A stretch of DNA of 64,000 bases from Deltaproteobacteria bacterium (lineage in GTDB: Bacteria > Desulfobacterota > Desulfobacteria > Desulfobacterales > SpSt-501). The position numbers were made by a program, and so were the translations under genes. A model generated the notes under the pieces. It was not told the DNA's origin and did not search any database. It saw only the letters and a list, made by a program, of their open reading frames with translations. Of the stretch, positions 34,417 to 42,100 are shown in pieces (the first letter of the stretch is position 1; the number at the start of each line of letters is the position of its first letter). The stretch is from NCBI GenBank assembly GCA_016219005.1, contig JACRCN010000054.1:17519-81518 (forward strand), in the 5' to 3' direction.

Positions 34417-35598
34417 TTAGTGGGTGTTTGTTACGGCGATCCTGGCGGCCTCGTCGATGGAAACCGTTCGGTCCTGAATTGGGACTCCATATTTCGACAA
34501 TATTTTATGGCCTTCCTCTTCCCACGCCCCGGGCACCCTGAAAACGGCAACCGTTTGGGCCGGATTCTTACCGGACTCGAGAATACCTTTGACAATCCCG
34601 CGGGCCATCATATCGACCCGAGTGTTGCTGACCACATTCATGATGACGGCAATTTTATCAACCCCCGGCTTGGAAAGAATCAGCCGGGTCAGCTCCTTGA
34701 CCTTGAGCACGGATGGATTGCCGCCGACTTCACAATAATTGGCGGGCCGCCCGCCATGGGCCCGAATGGCATCGAAAGCGGTCAGAGATGCCCCGCCGCC
34801 GCCGATGATGAGGCCCAGGTTGCCGTCAAACTCGATCACCCGTCCAGCCACCCCGCGGTGGTCCAGGTTGTCGATGTTGAAAGCCAGCCGCTCAAAATCC
34901 GACATGCGCCGTTCGCCCTCGACCCGGCCGGTGTCCTTTTCCATGGCCGCGATGTCGGCATGCCGCGGCACGGCGTCGTCGTCGATCTCCAGATGGCAAT
35001 CCAAGGCGACGAGACGCCCGTCATCCATCAGCGCGAGCGGATTGACTTCAACCACCGTTGCATCATAGTCCAGGAAGACCTCCGCGATGGTGGCCAGCGC
35101 GACAGACAATCCGAGGAGTAATTTTCCGGAGACTCCGGCTTCGGCGACGATCTCGCGGGCCCGGTGGAGCGGCAACCGAGAGTGAACCGTGAAATGCTCC
35201 TTGCGGACGAGAGCCGGCTTGCGCTGCGCCAATTCCTCTATGTCCACTCCCCCCTCAGCCGAAAAAATAGCCACCGGTGCTTTGGCCACGGTGTCGTAGG
35301 TGATGCCCATGAAGAACTCCTGCTTCACGGCTTTTTTTTCTTCCATGTAGACGGCTTTCGGGATGTATCCCCGGATGTTGCTCTTCAGCAGATGCGAGAC
35401 CTTCTGCCGGGCCTCTTCGGCCTGCGTGGCGGCGAGGATGCCTCCCGCCTTTCCGCGTCCACCGATCGGAATTTGCGCTTTGAGCATGACGGGCCCATCG
35501 ATCGTCAGAGGTTCGCCTTGGCCTACCAACCTCCCGACCGGCAGAGCAATCCGGTACTTTTCCAATATTCGTTTGGATTCGTGTTCAAGCAGCCTCAT
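34417..35598 (-). CDS. Succinyl-CoA-synthetase beta-subunit-like ATP-grasp protein (divergent from canonical SucC)
   Basis: MRLLEHESKRILEKYRI, GGRGKAGGI, VEVNPLA, HGGRPANYCEVGGNP. Several canonical SucC stretches are altered (IIGGGGASLTAFD in place of MVNGAGLAM). Confidence 0.75.
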   Translation of the reverse strand: MRLLEHESKRILEKYRIALPVGRLVGQGEPLTIDGPVMLKAQIPIGGRGKAGGILAATQAEEARQKVSHLLKSNIRGYIPKAVYMEEKKAVKQEFFMGITYDTVAKAPVAIFSAEGGVDIEELAQRKPALVRKEHFTVHSRLPLHRAREIVAEAGVSGKLLLGLSVALATIAEVFLDYDATVVEVNPLALMDDGRLVALDCHLEIDDDAVPRHADIAAMEKDTGRVEGERRMSDFERLAFNIDNLDHRGVAGRVIEFDGNLGLIIGGGGASLTAFDAIRAHGGRPANYCEVGGNPSVLKVKELTRLILSKPGVDKIAVIMNVVSNTRVDMMARGIVKGILESGKNPAQTVAVFRVPGAWEEEGHKILSKYGVPIQDRTVSIDEAARIAVTNTH

Positions 35599-35652
35599 CG
35601 CATTCTCCTAAAAATAAGTTGTGGCGGGTTCAGTCCGCCGCCCTCTCCGGTC

Positions 35653-37005
35653 TCACCGCGTCAGAAGCCTCGATACATCGGGTGCACTTTCCAACGCCAT
35701 GACCCGTTGGCAGAGCGCCTCCGCCCAGGCGTCCGTGATCAGCCCCCGCGTGAGCGACTTGAATTTTCCAAGCACTTCGGATTCGCTCAGGGGGTTTTCG
35801 GGATCGCCCTTCGGATAGTCGGCGGCCCCTGTCAGACGCTCGCCCGAACGCATGACGATTTCCACCCGCGCCGGCCACTTCCGCGGGTAGGCGGCACTCA
35901 GTTCCGGATCGGACCGGATCTCAATTTTCGGCATCATCCGTTTCATCTCGGGATCCCGAATCCGCTCGAGCGTAAAGTCCGCCACGTTGGCATGCCCGAA
36001 CCTCAGGGCCGAGGCCACACAAAATGGCAGGTTGAATTTGGCCAAATAGGGGGTTGTGGGCTCGATGTTCATCAGCAGGTCCAGGCTGCCCTGGTAAAGC
36101 GAGACGCTGACGCGTTCTACGTCTTGCGGGGCGAGGGCGGCCCCGTGGGTGGCCTGCAGCACCGCATCAATGGCGGAATGCGTGTGCCCGCACGAGGCGT
36201 GGTATTTGATGGAATTGCGTTCGAAATAAAATTCCTTGCCCAACTTGGCCAGGCATTTGGCCCCGTCAAAATCGCCGGAAGTGGCTTTGAAAAATCCTTT
36301 TTCTCCTTCCAGAATCCTGCGCGCGCCCGTGAATCCCCTCTGGGCCAAAAGCGCTGAAAGCAGCCCATTGAGCGCCGCCTTTCCCGGATGCAGCTGCTTG
36401 CTCATGGCATTGTTCGTCAAAAACTCCCATAGACCGCCGGCCTGCGTCCCCGCCGACCCATAGGCGGAGATGGTCTGCTCCTCATCCAATCCGAGCAGCC
36501 GGGCGGCACCGGCGGCGGCCCCAAACGTTCCGCAGGTGGCCGTGGTATGCCAGAATCGGTAGTGACTCGGGCCGACGCCGAGAGCCACCCGGATGGCCGC
36601 CTCGTAGCCCACGGCGATGGCCAGCAAAACGTCCGCCCCGCTGGCCTTCTCACGCTCGGCCAGCGCAAACACCGCCGGAATAATCGCGGCCGCCGGATGC
36701 AAAATGGACTCGCGATGCAGATCGTCCATTTCCATCACGTGGGAGGAAGCCCCATTGGCCAGCGCCGCCAAAAGGCAGTTGCCAAGGGATTGACTTGCAA
36801 TGATGGTGGATTCCGGCGTGCCCCCCAGATCACGGATGAGGTCCAGGATGATCCGGACTGGTTTTTCGCCTTTCCCGGCGATCGCCGACCCGAGCCAGTC
36901 CAGGAAATAAATTTTGAGTTTTTTCACCTGGCACTGGGTAAGATCATGGTAGGACAGGCGCGCGAGGAATGCTCCAAGCTCGGCGGAAATGGTGGGTTCG
37001 TGCAT
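35653..37005 (-). CDS. MmgE/PrpD-family protein
   Basis: I start at ATG 37005, preceded by CAGGAGA. Typical family stretches: ANGASSHVMEMDD, HPAAAIIPA, YRFWHTTATCGTFGAAAGA. The 53 upstream codons of the ORF track begin at the TTG of a TTGACA promoter hexamer. Confidence 0.85.
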   Translation of the reverse strand: MHEPTISAELGAFLARLSYHDLTQCQVKKLKIYFLDWLGSAIAGKGEKPVRIILDLIRDLGGTPESTIIASQSLGNCLLAALANGASSHVMEMDDLHRESILHPAAAIIPAVFALAEREKASGADVLLAIAVGYEAAIRVALGVGPSHYRFWHTTATCGTFGAAAGAARLLGLDEEQTISAYGSAGTQAGGLWEFLTNNAMSKQLHPGKAALNGLLSALLAQRGFTGARRILEGEKGFFKATSGDFDGAKCLAKLGKEFYFERNSIKYHASCGHTHSAIDAVLQATHGAALAPQDVERVSVSLYQGSLDLLMNIEPTTPYLAKFNLPFCVASALRFGHANVADFTLERIRDPEMKRMMPKIEIRSDPELSAAYPRKWPARVEIVMRSGERLTGAADYPKGDPENPLSESEVLGKFKSLTRGLITDAWAEALCQRVMALESAPDVSRLLTR

Positions 37006-37130
37006 GGTGAGAGTCTCCTGCGTTGCGACCATGGGTGTTCGTATAAGATCAATCCGTCGAACGTGCGCCGGAACCGGAGCGCGCACCCGCGTGATCGTCC
37101 GATCATCACGGATCACCACGATCCGATCTA

Positions 37131-37164
37131 TGTCGACAATATACAATCGTCCACCATATGTCAA
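37131..37164 (-). promoter_or_regulatory. Candidate sigma70 promoter with adjacent TGTCGACA palindrome upstream of the PrpD-family gene
   Basis: The minus strand reads TTGACA (37164..37159), a 15-nt spacer, TATATT (37143..37138), then immediately the 8-bp palindrome TGTCGACA (37138..37131). The spacer is shorter than optimal. Confidence 0.35.
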
Positions 37165-37314
37165 GCATGATCCCGGCCCGCTTTCCGGGCGGGTTCGGAT
37201 CCTGCGTTTCAGGCTATCCCGTCGGTCGAAAGGGATGGGAGATCTTGCGAGGACGGTCGTGGTCGCGGTTGATCGCCGGCGGTGCCGACCGGTCGAAGCC
37301 GCTGGCGTCTCGGG

Positions 37315-38238
37315 TTATGCCGCCACCGGGGTGAAAAGTTTCCCGTCCGTGCAGGTCACGATGCGGCGGTGGATAAGCCCGGCCATGACCTCATCGAATT
37401 TGCGGCGGTGCTCCCCGTTGAAAAAGAAAGCGCACGTCTCGGGGAACCAGACGGTGTTCATCAGGTGATCGAAGAAGGTCGCCTGCTCCCGACCGGGCCG
37501 CATGAGCAGGGTGTAGACGATGATGCGCTTGAGCTGATCATCGCCGAGGCTCTCCCGGCGCTCGAGATAGCCGCGGATACGCTTTTTCCAGCGCGATACG
37601 GCCTCTGGCATGTCCTCAAAAGGCCTGCCGTGGCCCGGGCAGACCAGCCGCACGTCCAGGCAGCGGATCTTCTCGAGCGAGTCAAGGCAGTCAAACAGCG
37701 CCCGGCTGCCTTCGACCCGCAGGGTGATCACCGGCATGTCCCGCTCCCACAAGGCATCTGCGGAGATGAGGAGCTTTTCCCGTGGATGGTAGAGCACGAT
37801 GCCGTCGGCGGCGTGTCCCGGGGTGTGGATCACCCGAAATTCGTGCGGGCCGATGGCGAGGGGCTCTCCGTCTTCCAGGCTGTGGGTGCATTGGAAAAAC
37901 TCCGCCTCCTGGTCGTAATACCGCCACCAGGTGGACCAGTCGTCCCGTGCTTCGATGAAGTGCCGGCCGATCCTGTGAAGCGCGATGTCGCAGCCCGAGA
38001 GCTCCTGGATCCGGCGGTTGCCGCCGATGTGGTCGCAGTGGGTGTGAGTGTTGACGATGAGAGCGGTCCGCGCGAGGTCCGCGCCCAAATCGGCGATCGA
38101 CTGGCGAGTGCGGTCGAAGTGGGCCAGATAGGCCGTGTCGATGAGCACCGGGCGGTCCGATCGGTAGACGAAATGGTTTCCGTTGAGGTAGCCTCTTTGA
38201 ACGAAGAACAGGTCCGGCAGGATTTCGGGGTGAGCCAT
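37315..38238 (-). CDS. MBL-fold metallo-hydrolase
   Basis: NTHTHCDHIGG is the HxHxDH motif; also TPGHAADG and CPGHG. Confidence 0.85.
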   Translation of the reverse strand: MAHPEILPDLFFVQRGYLNGNHFVYRSDRPVLIDTAYLAHFDRTRQSIADLGADLARTALIVNTHTHCDHIGGNRRIQELSGCDIALHRIGRHFIEARDDWSTWWRYYDQEAEFFQCTHSLEDGEPLAIGPHEFRVIHTPGHAADGIVLYHPREKLLISADALWERDMPVITLRVEGSRALFDCLDSLEKIRCLDVRLVCPGHGRPFEDMPEAVSRWKKRIRGYLERRESLGDDQLKRIIVYTLLMRPGREQATFFDHLMNTVWFPETCAFFFNGEHRRKFDEVMAGLIHRRIVTCTDGKLFTPVAA

Positions 38239-38250
38239 GATTTTTACGTG

Positions 38251-38388
38251 TTACCGGTACGGGTGCTTGGTTCGCCAGCCATGGGCCGGCGCGTGGGGCG
38301 GCGGGTCGGCCAAGGCCTCCATCGGGAAGGCGCCGCGGATCAACAGGGCGCGGCCGATTGCAAGCGCTGCGGGAACCTGTTTCTTCAT
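38251..38388 (-). CDS. Candidate small secreted peptide (45 aa)
   Basis: ATG 38388 is preceded by AAGGAAG. MKKQVPAALAIGRALLIRGAFPMEALA is signal-like, followed by a Pro/His-rich tail DPPPHAPAHGWRTKHPYR. It forms the 3' end of a long antisense ORF that I otherwise reject. Confidence 0.3.
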   Translation of the reverse strand: MKKQVPAALAIGRALLIRGAFPMEALADPPPHAPAHGWRTKHPYR

Positions 38389-38490
38389 GGTGTTGCTTCC
38401 TTTCCGAGCCGAGCTTTGATAGGGTGAGTAATTGGATAAAATGGAGTTTACCACGAATCCGGCCCAAGTGGAATCGGAAGGAGGAAATGC

Positions 38491-40170
38491 ATGATACGCC
38501 CGGAACGTCATCGATGGCTCGCCGCCGGCTTGCTGGCGCTGTTGGCAATCGCGATCTTGGGGGTCGCACCGGTTTTGGCAGCCGCCAAGGCCAGGAACGT
38601 AATTGTGCTCATCGCCGACGGCTGCGCGAGCGAGCAGCACACCTTCGCCCGCTGGTTCAAGGGCGCCCCGCTCTCCTACGACCCCTACCAGGTCGGCGCG
38701 ATCAAGACCTACATCGCTGACTCGGTGATCGCCGACTCGGCCCCGGCCGCAAGCGCCTTTGCCACCGGGGTCCGGACCAACGACAAGTTCATTAGCGTGG
38801 GTCCGAACCAGAACACCTTGTCCGTGGTCCCGCCGCCGCCCGAGGAGCTGTGGTACAAACCCGTAGCCACCGTCCTGGAGGGGGCCAGGCTCATGAAGAA
38901 AGCAACCGGCATCGTCGCCACCTCGCGCGTGACCCACGCCACTCCGGCCGCCTATATTGCGCACGCACCCTCCCGCGGCGACGAGGACGACATCATGGAG
39001 CAGGCCGTACACCAGGGAATCGACGTCGTGTTCGGCGGAGGCAAACGCCACCTGGTGCTCAAGGAGTTCAAGGGGCGGCGCACGGACGGCGACAACCTTT
39101 ACGAACATCTGAAAACCTGGGGCTATCAGATCGTCGAGAACCGGGAGCAAATGCAGAGCCTCGCATCGGGCCGGGTCTACGGGATGTTCGCCGCCAGCCA
39201 CATGGACCCCGAGATCGACCGGCCGCGGCTGCACCCGGGCCAGCCGACGCTCGCGGAGATGACCCGCAAGGCCATCGAGATCCTCGCCCGGAACAAGAAT
39301 GGATTCTTCCTGATGGTGGAGGGCAGCCAGGTCGACTGGGCCTGCCACGCCAACGATCCGGCCTACCTCTTGAGCGACCTGCTCGCTTTCGACATGGCCG
39401 TACAGGCCGCCCTGGACTTCGCCCGCAAGGACGGGAACACCCTGGTCCTGGCCATGTCGGACCACAACACCGGCGGGTTCTCCATCGGCAACTACGCAAC
39501 CGACGGCCTCTACCCCCGGATGAAGGTGGAGAAATTTCTGGAACCGTTCCGCAGGATGCAGGCTTCCTCCATTGCCATGATGGCGCAGATCGAAAAGGAC
39601 AAAACCCCCGCCCGGGTGCAGGCGGTGATCAAGGACGGCTGGGCACTGGAGATCACCGATGAGGAGGCCCGTAAAATTCTTGCCGCCGCCGCCCCGCGCG
39701 CGGACGACGCATATTATGCCATCGGCGAGGTGCTCTGCCCGAAATACACCTATGTCGGCTGGACCACCCACGGCCATACCGGCGGCGACGTGCCGCTGTT
39801 TGCCTTCGGCCCCGGCAAGCCCGGCGGGATCGTGGAGGCGCCGGACATCGCCCGGGTCTGCGCCAGTGCCATGGGCCTGGACCTGGCCCGGCTGAACGAG
39901 CGACTCTTCGTCGATGCCGCCAAGGCCTTCGCCGACGGCAAGGTCGGCGTGGACAAGTCCGACCCGGCCAACCCGGTCGTGAAAATCGATTACCGCGGCA
40001 GGCCCGCGGAGCTGCCGGTGAACAAGAACTTCCTCAAGCTGGGAGAGCGCCTGTTTCCGCTCGAGGGCGTGGTGGTATACGCCCCGGCCACCGGCCGGGC
40101 CTACATCCCCCTGCAAGCGGTCCGGATGATCCGGGGAGAAAAGGCAGCCCTGCCCGGGATCGCCAACTGA
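38491..40170 (+). CDS. Alkaline phosphatase (PhoA family), secreted
   Basis: The N-terminus has a hydrophobic signal. VIVLIADG; IADSAPAASAFATG, the active-site Ser context; MVEGSQVDWACH; MSDHNTGG; HGHTGGDVP. SD GGAAGGAGG. Confidence 0.9.
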   Translation: MIRPERHRWLAAGLLALLAIAILGVAPVLAAAKARNVIVLIADGCASEQHTFARWFKGAPLSYDPYQVGAIKTYIADSVIADSAPAASAFATGVRTNDKFISVGPNQNTLSVVPPPPEELWYKPVATVLEGARLMKKATGIVATSRVTHATPAAYIAHAPSRGDEDDIMEQAVHQGIDVVFGGGKRHLVLKEFKGRRTDGDNLYEHLKTWGYQIVENREQMQSLASGRVYGMFAASHMDPEIDRPRLHPGQPTLAEMTRKAIEILARNKNGFFLMVEGSQVDWACHANDPAYLLSDLLAFDMAVQAALDFARKDGNTLVLAMSDHNTGGFSIGNYATDGLYPRMKVEKFLEPFRRMQASSIAMMAQIEKDKTPARVQAVIKDGWALEITDEEARKILAAAAPRADDAYYAIGEVLCPKYTYVGWTTHGHTGGDVPLFAFGPGKPGGIVEAPDIARVCASAMGLDLARLNERLFVDAAKAFADGKVGVDKSDPANPVVKIDYRGRPAELPVNKNFLKLGERLFPLEGVVVYAPATGRAYIPLQAVRMIRGEKAALPGIAN

Positions 40171-40227
40171 GCCCAGGACCGGAACCAGCCAAGGCGGATG
40201 GACTCGTACAAAGCCGACCGATCTGCA

Positions 40228-40352
40228 GACGACTTCGTAACAAGGTAGAAATCAAGGCGCGAGAGTCCCGTGTCAAGAGGTGTGCTTATCTTACGGCGCA
40301 GTGACAACGAGATGAGGCGCAAGGCCGAAGTTGGACTTTTTCCGAAGCCTTC
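40228..40352 (+). repeat. MITE/REP-like long-hairpin repeat, family B, copy 2
   Basis: It has the same 125-bp length and collinear similarity to 8694..8818 (for example gcgcagtgacaacgagatgaggcgcaaggccgaagttggacttttt versus gccgcagcgacagcgagatgaagcgccacgccgaaattgggcttttt). Confidence 0.7.
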
Positions 40353-40540
40353 AAGGTTCAAGAGATGGAATTTCAACCCCGGTCCGCGGTCCCTGTGCCT
40401 GGCATTTTGTCTCTTGGGCCGTGACCCTTGCTTCCTTTCCGGTTCGTGGTTCTTGACACCCTGATAATTTCCCACTAAAAGCCTAAGAATTCGGACGGGG
40501 ATTTCAGACGACAACCATTCAGACGGCAGGAGGGATTTTT

Positions 40541-40864
40541 ATGGCAGACTATCTGATCAATGTTTTCCTTGACGATGCGAAAATGAAAATCATCGAGGGC
40601 GCCGGCCTCGCCGGGCAGGTGAAGGACCTCGGCGGGAAAAAAGCGGTCCAGGTGCCGCTTGGAGAAAAGGAGCAAAAAAAACTCGCCAAGGGTTTTCCGA
40701 GCATGGCTTTTGACGCCTCGAATGCCTGCGTTCTACCGCCCGAAGCTGAAACCAAGCTGGTCGACATCATCGGCCAGATGAAAACCATCGATGTCATGAA
40801 AGTGGCCATCATGAAACTCTACAACCCCCTGGCCGGAAAACAGATTCGCTCCGCCCAGCACTGA
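40541..40864 (+). CDS. Hypothetical protein (107 aa), no recognisable family
   Basis: Strong SD (AGGAGGG, 7-nt spacer) and its own strong terminator. The protein is Lys-rich and the gene is visibly lower in GC than its neighbours. Confidence 0.55.
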   Translation: MADYLINVFLDDAKMKIIEGAGLAGQVKDLGGKKAVQVPLGEKEQKKLAKGFPSMAFDASNACVLPPEAETKLVDIIGQMKTIDVMKVAIMKLYNPLAGKQIRSAQH

Positions 40865-40912
40865 GAACCAGCCGCGCCTTCGGGAAATCACCCTGAATAG
40901 TCTTTCGGGTCC

Positions 40913-40963
40913 AGAGCGCTCTTTCCATCTGTTTTTTACGGAGGGGAAAAGCGCTCTTTTTTT
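40913..40963 (+). terminator. Rho-independent terminator of the 107-aa gene
   Basis: The long stem agagcgctctttcc / ggggaaaagcgctct is followed by a run of T residues. Confidence 0.75.
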
Positions 40964-41017
40964 GATCCACCGCGACCTCCGGCGACTCCGCTTTGCCAGC
41001 ATTTCCGCCCATTTCAA

Positions 41018-41046
41018 TTGACAGTCCAGCGGCTTGCCTCTAATAT
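41018..41046 (+). promoter_or_regulatory. Near-consensus sigma70 promoter (TTGACA-N17-TAATAT)
   Basis: TTGACA at 41018..41023, a 17-nt spacer, then TAATAT at 41041..41046. It reads into the decayed efflux operon. Confidence 0.55.
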
Positions 41047-41092
41047 CAAAATCGTGCAATCGACCATCGAGCAGCGGGAGAAATTCGCAAGC

Positions 41093-41317
41093 ATGCCCCT
41101 CACCCACGCGGCCAACCCGACCACCCGGGGGCGGGTCTATGTGGCGGACGAAGACGGGCGGCCGGCGGCGGTAGACATCGTCCTCGGTCTCAACGACGGC
41201 ATGTTCACCGAGGTGGTGAGCGGGAATCTCAAGGACAGACAGCCGGTCGTCGTCGGCTCCGGCCCGGCGGGCCAGAAACCCTCTGCCCGGCCGTCCCTTC
41301 GTTTCGGGTTCTTATAG
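41093..41317 (+). pseudogene. Remnant of a MacA/HlyD-type periplasmic adaptor (C-terminal beta-barrel end only)
   Basis: RVYVADEDGRPAAVDIVLGLNDGMFTEVVSGNLKDRQPVVVG is the typical C-terminal end of RND/ABC efflux adaptors. The several hundred N-terminal residues expected are absent. Confidence 0.7.
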
Positions 41318-41318
41318 A

Positions 41319-41594
41319 ATGGCCGATCGCCACCCGGTGCTGGTGCTCGCGGATGAGCCCACCGGCGCCCTGGACTCCCAGACCAGCGTCGAAATCATGC
41401 AGCTCTTCCAGCGCCTGAACCGCGAGGGCATCTCGGTCGTGCTGGTCACCCATGAGCCCGACGTGGCCGGCCTCGCCCGGCGCCTGCTGCGCTTCCGGGA
41501 CGGGCGCGTCGTTCGAAGCAAACCCGTTGCCGGTTCGGCGGCGTCGCTCCCCCCGGGAGCAGTATCCCCGGCCTGCGAGGAGACGGCGCCATGA
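41319..41594 (+). pseudogene. Remnant of a MacB/LolD-type ABC ATPase (Walker B to C-terminus only)
   Basis: VLVLADEPTGALDSQTSVEIMQLFQRLNREGISVVLVTHEP contains Walker B, the D-loop and the H-loop. Walker A, the Q-loop and the signature motif are missing. The start lies 2 nt after the adaptor stop, as in an intact operon. Confidence 0.75.
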
Positions 41595-42059
41595 TGATCT
41601 TCGAACCGATGCGGGACGCCCTGCGGGCGCTGTGGGTGAACATCCTGCGCAGCGTCCTGACGACCCTCGGCATCATCATCGGTGTGGCTGCCGTGATCGT
41701 CATGGTCTCGGTCGGCTCAGGCGCCGAGGCCAACATGAACATCATGCTGGTGTCGGTCACCGAGCGCACGCTCGAGATCGGGCTGCGCATGGCCGTGGGG
41801 GCCCGCAGCCGCGACATTCTCGCCTAAGTTTCTGACCGAAGCGGTGGCACTTTCCATGATCGGCGGCATGGTCGGGATCACGCTCGGGGTCGGGGGGTCC
41901 CTGGCGTTCACGGCCTTCGGCAAATGGCCGGCCATCATCAAGCCAGCTGCGGTGCTGCTGGCTTTCTCCGTTTCCGCGGCCGTGGGGATTTTTTTCGGGT
42001 TTTATCCGGCGCGCAAGGCCTCCCGGTTGGATCCGATCGAGGCGCTGCGGCGCGAATAA
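41591..42059 (+). pseudogene. Remnant of a MacB/FtsX-type ABC permease (internal deletion plus frameshift near 41825)
   Basis: The N-terminal TM1 (LRSVLTTLGIIIGVAAVIVMVSVG) is joined directly to the C-terminal region (MLVSVTERTLEIGLRMAVGARSRDIL). The large periplasmic domain is absent. The reading frame then shifts at gcc-t-aag (KFLTEAVALSMIGG...FYPARKASRLDPIEALRRE). Confidence 0.75.
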
Positions 42060-42100
42060 CATTCTGCTGGCTTGACTACTCGCACTGTTAGAAAAATTCG

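Noticed and set aside
38251-40116. 621-aa ORF on the minus strand opposite the alkaline phosphatase gene
   Set aside because: It is antisense to a gene with clear PhoA motifs. The product is Gly/Arg/Pro/Val-rich with no recognisable domain, which is a typical high-GC shadow ORF. Only its last 45 codons are kept as a low-confidence sORF.
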